From UHGV virus genome UHGV-0140594: DNA of 11,465 bases. One strand, written 5' to 3'. This document shows, in pieces, positions 7,744 through 11,465 of this stretch (position 1 is the stretch's first letter; the number at the start of each line of letters is the position of its first letter). The notes beneath the pieces were generated by a model that was not told where the DNA came from, ran no database searches, and saw nothing but the letters and a program-made list of their open reading frames with translations. Position numbers and translations under genes: made by a program. The stretch comes from a virus.

Positions 7744-8246
7744 GCCAGACGCAGATCCAAAGCCTGACCACATTTTTTAAAGATAACGTCCCGCCCCGTG
7801 CGATGCAGTCATTTGACAGTGTGCTGGATGAGATGAAGTTCATCCCTGCGGCGAAGGATTACGGGCTGGGACAATATCGCCAGGCGGTTATCCGATATGA
7901 CGCGGTTCTGAGCTGGGAGCGTTTCCCGTATCGCCTTTGCCCGCCGCAGTTGCTTATGTCCTTACTGGCTGCGTGGCTGGATGATGCTGACAGGGAACTA
8001 CTGGATGAAGTGGGGCTGAGTGAAGCTGAACCTGACTGGGATGTGTCGGTGGAGGATGAGGAAGTGGCCACTGTGGTGCTGACTGTTCCGATGGTAGAAG
8101 AACTGGTGATCAGGCAGGACGAAAACGGGGCTATTCCGTGGCGGGGTGAGCGCTGGTCACTGGTTGAGCCTGAAATCTGGACGGCACTGACCGCCAGTAT
8201 TTACAGCGTGGATGAGGCCGGTGCGCCGGTGGGGGATAGCGAATGA
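7740..8246 (+). CDS. Hypothetical acidic virion protein (168 aa); possible tail-completion (gpR-like) or head-tail joining protein
   Basis: ATGA overlap with the upstream stop suggests translational coupling; strongly acidic; position between head completion and the morphogenesis gene. The functional assignment is positional only. Confidence 0.5.
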   Translation: MSQTQIQSLTTFFKDNVPPRAMQSFDSVLDEMKFIPAAKDYGLGQYRQAVIRYDAVLSWERFPYRLCPPQLLMSLLAAWLDDADRELLDEVGLSEAEPDWDVSVEDEEVATVVLTVPMVEELVIRQDENGAIPWRGERWSLVEPEIWTALTASIYSVDEAGAPVGDSE

Positions 8247-8950
8247 TTGCCGGTGGCGAGCTGAATAAAAAACAGCTGGCCGAATTGCGCAAGGCACTGG
8301 CCAGCATGGAGCTGCCGCCGAGAAAACGGCAGCGTCTGATCTGGCGTCTGGCCAAATATGGCGTGATTGCTGCGGCAAAGCGGCATGTGCGCAATCAGGA
8401 ATCCCCGGATGGCCAGAAGTGGCCGGGACGTAAGACAAAACGCAAAGGGAAGATGCTGCGCAACCTGCCAAAGCTGCTGCATATCCGTGAAATGCCAGAA
8501 ATTCAGGCTGTGCGGATCTATTTACAGGGCGGTGGATACCGGAACGGGGAAGCGCCGGTACCAGCCGGAACGGTGGGGTACGCGCAACAAAACGGAATGC
8601 GCGTAAAGGTCAGCCGCAGTAATCAGCCACGGAAGGCAGAGGCCGGGAAAATGGCGACGCCTGCCCAGGCCAAAAAATTACGGGCGCTGGGGTACCGGGT
8701 GAAAACCGGTAAGAGATGGAAAAAGCCCACACAGGGCGAAATCACCAAAACGATGCCATACAGCCAGGCGGGGCTGCTGATTCGAAAACTCAGTAATAAA
8801 GCCGTGAAAACCAGCAGGACAGTGGATCTTCCTGCTCGTGTGTTTCTGGGCATGAATGATGATGAATTTGACAAGGCGCTGGCGCGTCAGCTTCAGGCCA
8901 TAGGTTTTGGCTGGGATGTTAAGGCGCAGGATATTAAGGGGAAAGCATGA
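8243..8950 (+). CDS. Phage virion morphogenesis protein (P2 gpS / Mu G family) with an extra basic internal segment
   Basis: Contains the family-typical QESPDGQKW and ARVFLGMNDDE blocks; ATGA overlap upstream and GGGGGA ribosome-binding site. At 235 aa it is about 80 aa longer than typical members, the extra part being Lys/Arg-rich. Confidence 0.65.
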   Translation: MIAGGELNKKQLAELRKALASMELPPRKRQRLIWRLAKYGVIAAAKRHVRNQESPDGQKWPGRKTKRKGKMLRNLPKLLHIREMPEIQAVRIYLQGGGYRNGEAPVPAGTVGYAQQNGMRVKVSRSNQPRKAEAGKMATPAQAKKLRALGYRVKTGKRWKKPTQGEITKTMPYSQAGLLIRKLSNKAVKTSRTVDLPARVFLGMNDDEFDKALARQLQAIGFGWDVKAQDIKGKA

Positions 8951-10074
8951 CCTGGCCAATTGTGACGGTAAACCAGGTAAACCAGCTGATGGGCGAAACC
9001 AATGAGGTGGAACGCACACTGCTGTTTATCGGTACGGGTACCAAAAATGTGGGGAAAACGCTGGCGGTGAATGCCCAGAGTGATTTTGATTCACTGCTGG
9101 GCGAGGAAGCCAGCCCGCTCAAAAATGATGTTCTGGCTGCGCTGGCGAACGCTGGCCAGAACTGGTGGGGGTTCATTCACGTTCTGCCAGCTGACGCGGA
9201 GGCAGATGCCTGGGTGAAAGCGGTTCTGGCCGCGCAGGTGGTGTGCTCTGTGGAAGGCGTGGTGCTGTCTGACGATGTGACCGCTAAAGCGCAGGTAAAT
9301 CAGGCCGTGACGTTACGATCCACCCTGATTTCAAAGTATGGCCGCTGGGTGTGGTTTATCCTGGCCGCGCAGGGAATGCAGGACGAAGAAGCCCAGGCGG
9401 ATTATCTGGTACGCATGGCCACCCTTCAGGATGGCATTGCAGAAAAGGCAGTGCAGCTGGTTCCCCGCCTGTGGGGAAATGAACCGGGCGTGCTGGCTGG
9501 TCGCCTTTGTAGCCGTGCGGTAACCATTGCTGACAGTCCGGCGCGGGTTAAAACCGGTGCTCTGATGAATCTGGGCAGTGATGAGATGCCGGTTGATGGT
9601 ACCGGAGAAGTGCTGGAACTGGCCACACTTCAGGCGCTTGAAGCACAGCGTTTCAGTGTGCCGATGTGGTATCCGGATTATGACGGTTTTTACTGGGCAG
9701 ATGGCCGCACGCTGGATGTTGAGGGCGGCGATTATCAGTCGATTGAAACCCTGCGCGTTGCGGATAAAGCTGCCCGCCGTGTTCGTCTGCTGGCTATCAG
9801 CAAAATCGCGGATCGCTCGCTGAACAGCACGCCGGGAAGTATCGCCGCACATCAGACATTGTTTGCCCGTCCATTGCGTGAAATGTCCACTGCGGCCAGC
9901 ATTAACGGTGTGTCATTTCCGGGTGAAGTGAAGCCGCCGCAGGATGGTGATGTGACCATTGTCTGGAAAAACAAAAAGGCGGTGGATATTTACATTGTGG
10001 TGCGCACCTGGGAAGTGCCGCTGCAAATCACCATCAGTCTGTTACTGGATGCGAGTCTGGAGGCCACAGCATGA
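8947..10074 (+). CDS. Structural protein of unknown family (375 aa); tail sheath-like candidate
   Basis: ATGA-coupled to the upstream gene, AAGGGGAAAG ribosome-binding site. The N-terminal beta-rich segment and the internal RLWGNEPG block resemble the WGxRT region of contractile sheath proteins. It is followed by a tube-sized protein. No P2 counterpart at this position. Confidence 0.4.
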   Translation: MTWPIVTVNQVNQLMGETNEVERTLLFIGTGTKNVGKTLAVNAQSDFDSLLGEEASPLKNDVLAALANAGQNWWGFIHVLPADAEADAWVKAVLAAQVVCSVEGVVLSDDVTAKAQVNQAVTLRSTLISKYGRWVWFILAAQGMQDEEAQADYLVRMATLQDGIAEKAVQLVPRLWGNEPGVLAGRLCSRAVTIADSPARVKTGALMNLGSDEMPVDGTGEVLELATLQALEAQRFSVPMWYPDYDGFYWADGRTLDVEGGDYQSIETLRVADKAARRVRLLAISKIADRSLNSTPGSIAAHQTLFARPLREMSTAASINGVSFPGEVKPPQDGDVTIVWKNKKAVDIYIVVRTWEVPLQITISLLLDASLEATA

Positions 10075-10526
10075 CCAAACGTATTTCGGGTATGTCGTTT
10101 GACACCTATATGGACGGCGATCTGATCCATATCGAGAAAATCACGCTCGATATTACGGATAACAGCGCTGCCGCCCAGACGCGTGGCGTCCCTGATGGGT
10201 ATGTGGATGGCGATGTTGCCGCTGAGGGGGAAATTGAAGTCAGTTCAAAAACACTTCAGGTGCTGACAGCCAAAGCCCGTGCAGCGGGTTCATTGCGTGG
10301 GCTTCCACCACTTGATTTTCTTTTCTATGCCAAAGCCAGTAGCGAAGAAATGAAGGTGGAGACGTTCGGCAATAAATTGCAGGTCAGCAACCTGCTGGAT
10401 ATTGATCCGAAAGGTGGCGGTGTGACCACGCACAAAATCAAATATTTCGTGACCAGTCCGAAATTCGTCAACATCAACGGTGTGCCGTATCTGGAAGCGG
10501 AAGCCACAGAAAACTTGATCGGATAA
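10071..10526 (+). CDS. Structural protein of unknown family (151 aa); tail tube-like candidate
   Basis: ATGA-coupled to the 375-aa gene, GGAGG ribosome-binding site; size and position are consistent with a tube protein partnered to a sheath. No diagnostic motif recognised. Confidence 0.3.
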   Translation: MTKRISGMSFDTYMDGDLIHIEKITLDITDNSAAAQTRGVPDGYVDGDVAAEGEIEVSSKTLQVLTAKARAAGSLRGLPPLDFLFYAKASSEEMKVETFGNKLQVSNLLDIDPKGGGVTTHKIKYFVTSPKFVNINGVPYLEAEATENLIG

Positions 10527-10535
10527 GGGGCAGGG

Positions 10536-10838
10536 ATGCAGGAACATGAAAAGAGCCTTTATTCACTGCTGATCATTGGCGCACTGATTGCCATCGGCAA
10601 TGTGCTGACCAGTAATGACCCAATCACGCCGCGCCTGTTTGCCGGTCGCGTGATCCTGGGCAGTCTGGTTTCAGTGGTGGCCGGGGCGGTACTAATTCAG
10701 ATCCCGGATGCCAGCCCGCTGGCCATTCAGGGGCTGGGGGCGGCGCTGGGGATTGCCGGTTATCAGGCGGTGGAAGTGTGGCTGCGCAGACGTGCAGCGG
10801 GAAAGCAGAACGGGAGCAAGACAAATGACCCTGAGTGA
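10536..10838 (+). CDS. Holin (three predicted transmembrane helices, charged C-terminus)
   Basis: 100 aa; hydrophobic stretches LYSLLIIGALIAIGNVL, GRVILGSLVSVVAGAVLI and LAIQGLGAALGIAGYQAV followed by a basic/polar tail (RRRAAGKQNGSK); lies immediately upstream of and overlapping the endolysin gene. Confidence 0.6.
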   Translation: MQEHEKSLYSLLIIGALIAIGNVLTSNDPITPRLFAGRVILGSLVSVVAGAVLIQIPDASPLAIQGLGAALGIAGYQAVEVWLRRRAAGKQNGSKTNDPE

Positions 10839-11166
10839 AAAACAGCAATTATTCACAGTCATGGTGGCCAGTCTGATCCACTGGGCAGAAGAACATGGCT
10901 ACAGACTGACGTTCGGTGAGGCTTACCGTACACCAGAACAGGCCGCGCTGAATGCGAAGAAAGGCAGCGGTATTTCTAACAGCCTGCACACCCAGCGGCT
11001 GGCGGTGGATTTCAATCTGTTCGTGAACGGTCAGTACAAAACCCGCACAGAAGATTATCTGCCACTGGGGGAATACTGGGAATCACTGGGTGGTGCCTGG
11101 GGCGGACGCTTTAAATCCAGACCGGATGGCAATCATTTCAGTCTGGAACATAACGGGGTGCGCTGA
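10825..11166 (+). CDS. Endolysin, peptidase M15 family (VanY / L-alanyl-D-glutamate peptidase-like)
   Basis: SLHTQRLAVDF ... GGAWGGRF ... DGNHFSLE matches the zinc-ligand H-x6-D ... H pattern and WGG block of small phage M15 peptidases. ATG at 10825 has a GGGAG ribosome-binding site; the longer ORF-track start at 10708 overlaps the holin and is rejected. Confidence 0.85.
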   Translation: MTLSEKQQLFTVMVASLIHWAEEHGYRLTFGEAYRTPEQAALNAKKGSGISNSLHTQRLAVDFNLFVNGQYKTRTEDYLPLGEYWESLGGAWGGRFKSRPDGNHFSLEHNGVR

Positions 11167-11465
11167 TGAGCAGCGGGCAGTGGCTGGTTGTGGTGGCGCT
11201 GGCGTTTGTCTGGGGCTGGCTAACCGCTGACTGGCGGCGTGATAGCTTAGAGCTGGCAATCAATACAGCGGCGCAGGTGGCCGGTAATGAATCGCGAAAA
11301 GCAATGCAGGGTATTGCCAGTGATTCGGCCAGAGCGCTGGAAGATAAACTGGAGGCGTTAAAAAATGTGGCACCGCGAGAGATACGCACGGAAATACTTA
11401 AGCCCGTTTTTACTAAGGAAGGTGCGAATAAGCAGGTCATTTCTTCCCAAGCTGACTCGCTGATT
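11166..11465 (+). CDS. Putative i-spanin (Rz-like), 3'-truncated by the window edge
   Basis: ATG at 11166 overlaps the endolysin stop (TGATG). N-terminal transmembrane segment WLVVVALAFVWGWL followed by a charged helical region; open to the window end. Not in the ORF track because no stop is reached. Confidence 0.45.
   Translation, partial: MSSGQWLVVVALAFVWGWLTADWRRDSLELAINTAAQVAGNESRKAMQGIASDSARALEDKLEALKNVAPREIRTEILKPVFTKEGANKQVISSQADSLI

Noticed and set aside
7859-8071. Ser-rich 70-aa minus-strand ORF
   Set aside because: Antisense image of the Asp/Glu-rich region of the acidic virion protein; a low-complexity artefact.
8131-9852. Multiple minus-strand ORFs of 60-173 aa inside the gpS-like and sheath-like genes
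   Set aside because: All are antisense to ATGA-coupled plus-strand genes and Arg/Cys/His-rich; judged spurious.
10708-10824. N-terminally extended endolysin start (ORF track 10708)
   Set aside because: The extension overlaps the holin in another frame and is Arg/Trp-rich; the ATG at 10825 has a ribosome-binding site and begins the conserved M15 domain.
11138-11440. 100-aa minus-strand ORF at the window end
   Set aside because: Antisense to the spanin-like gene, which has a transmembrane start coupled to the endolysin stop.
1-11465. tRNA, attachment site, integrase, IS element, CRISPR array or defence-system signatures (nuclease, ATPase or toxin motifs outside the phage genes)
   Set aside because: None seen; every ORF of 100 aa or more that has support is accounted for by phage replication, structural or lysis functions.

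Overview
This window reads as a compact segment of a P2/186-like temperate phage or prophage, with a mosaic layout. From left to right it contains: the 3' part of the replication initiator gene A (truncated by the window edge); a short regulatory region with a near-consensus LexA box in front of a 68-aa ORF; a convergent Ogr/B-family zinc-finger late activator; the leftward portal-terminase operon, in which the terminase large subunit is split by a frameshift; a divergent late-promoter region carrying a perfect 7-bp dyad; the rightward scaffold, capsid, small terminase and head-completion genes; two completion-type virion genes; two structural proteins that do not match the P2 tail order (sheath-like and tube-like candidates); and a holin, M15 peptidase endolysin and spanin cassette running off the 3' end. 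I see no rRNA, tRNA, CRISPR array, IS element, integrase or attachment site. I did not find a clear novel defence system. The most unusual items are the SOS-box small gene in the region between A and the portal gene, the split terminase, and the non-canonical tail and lysis arrangement. All homology calls rest on motif recognition from memory; no database search was run.
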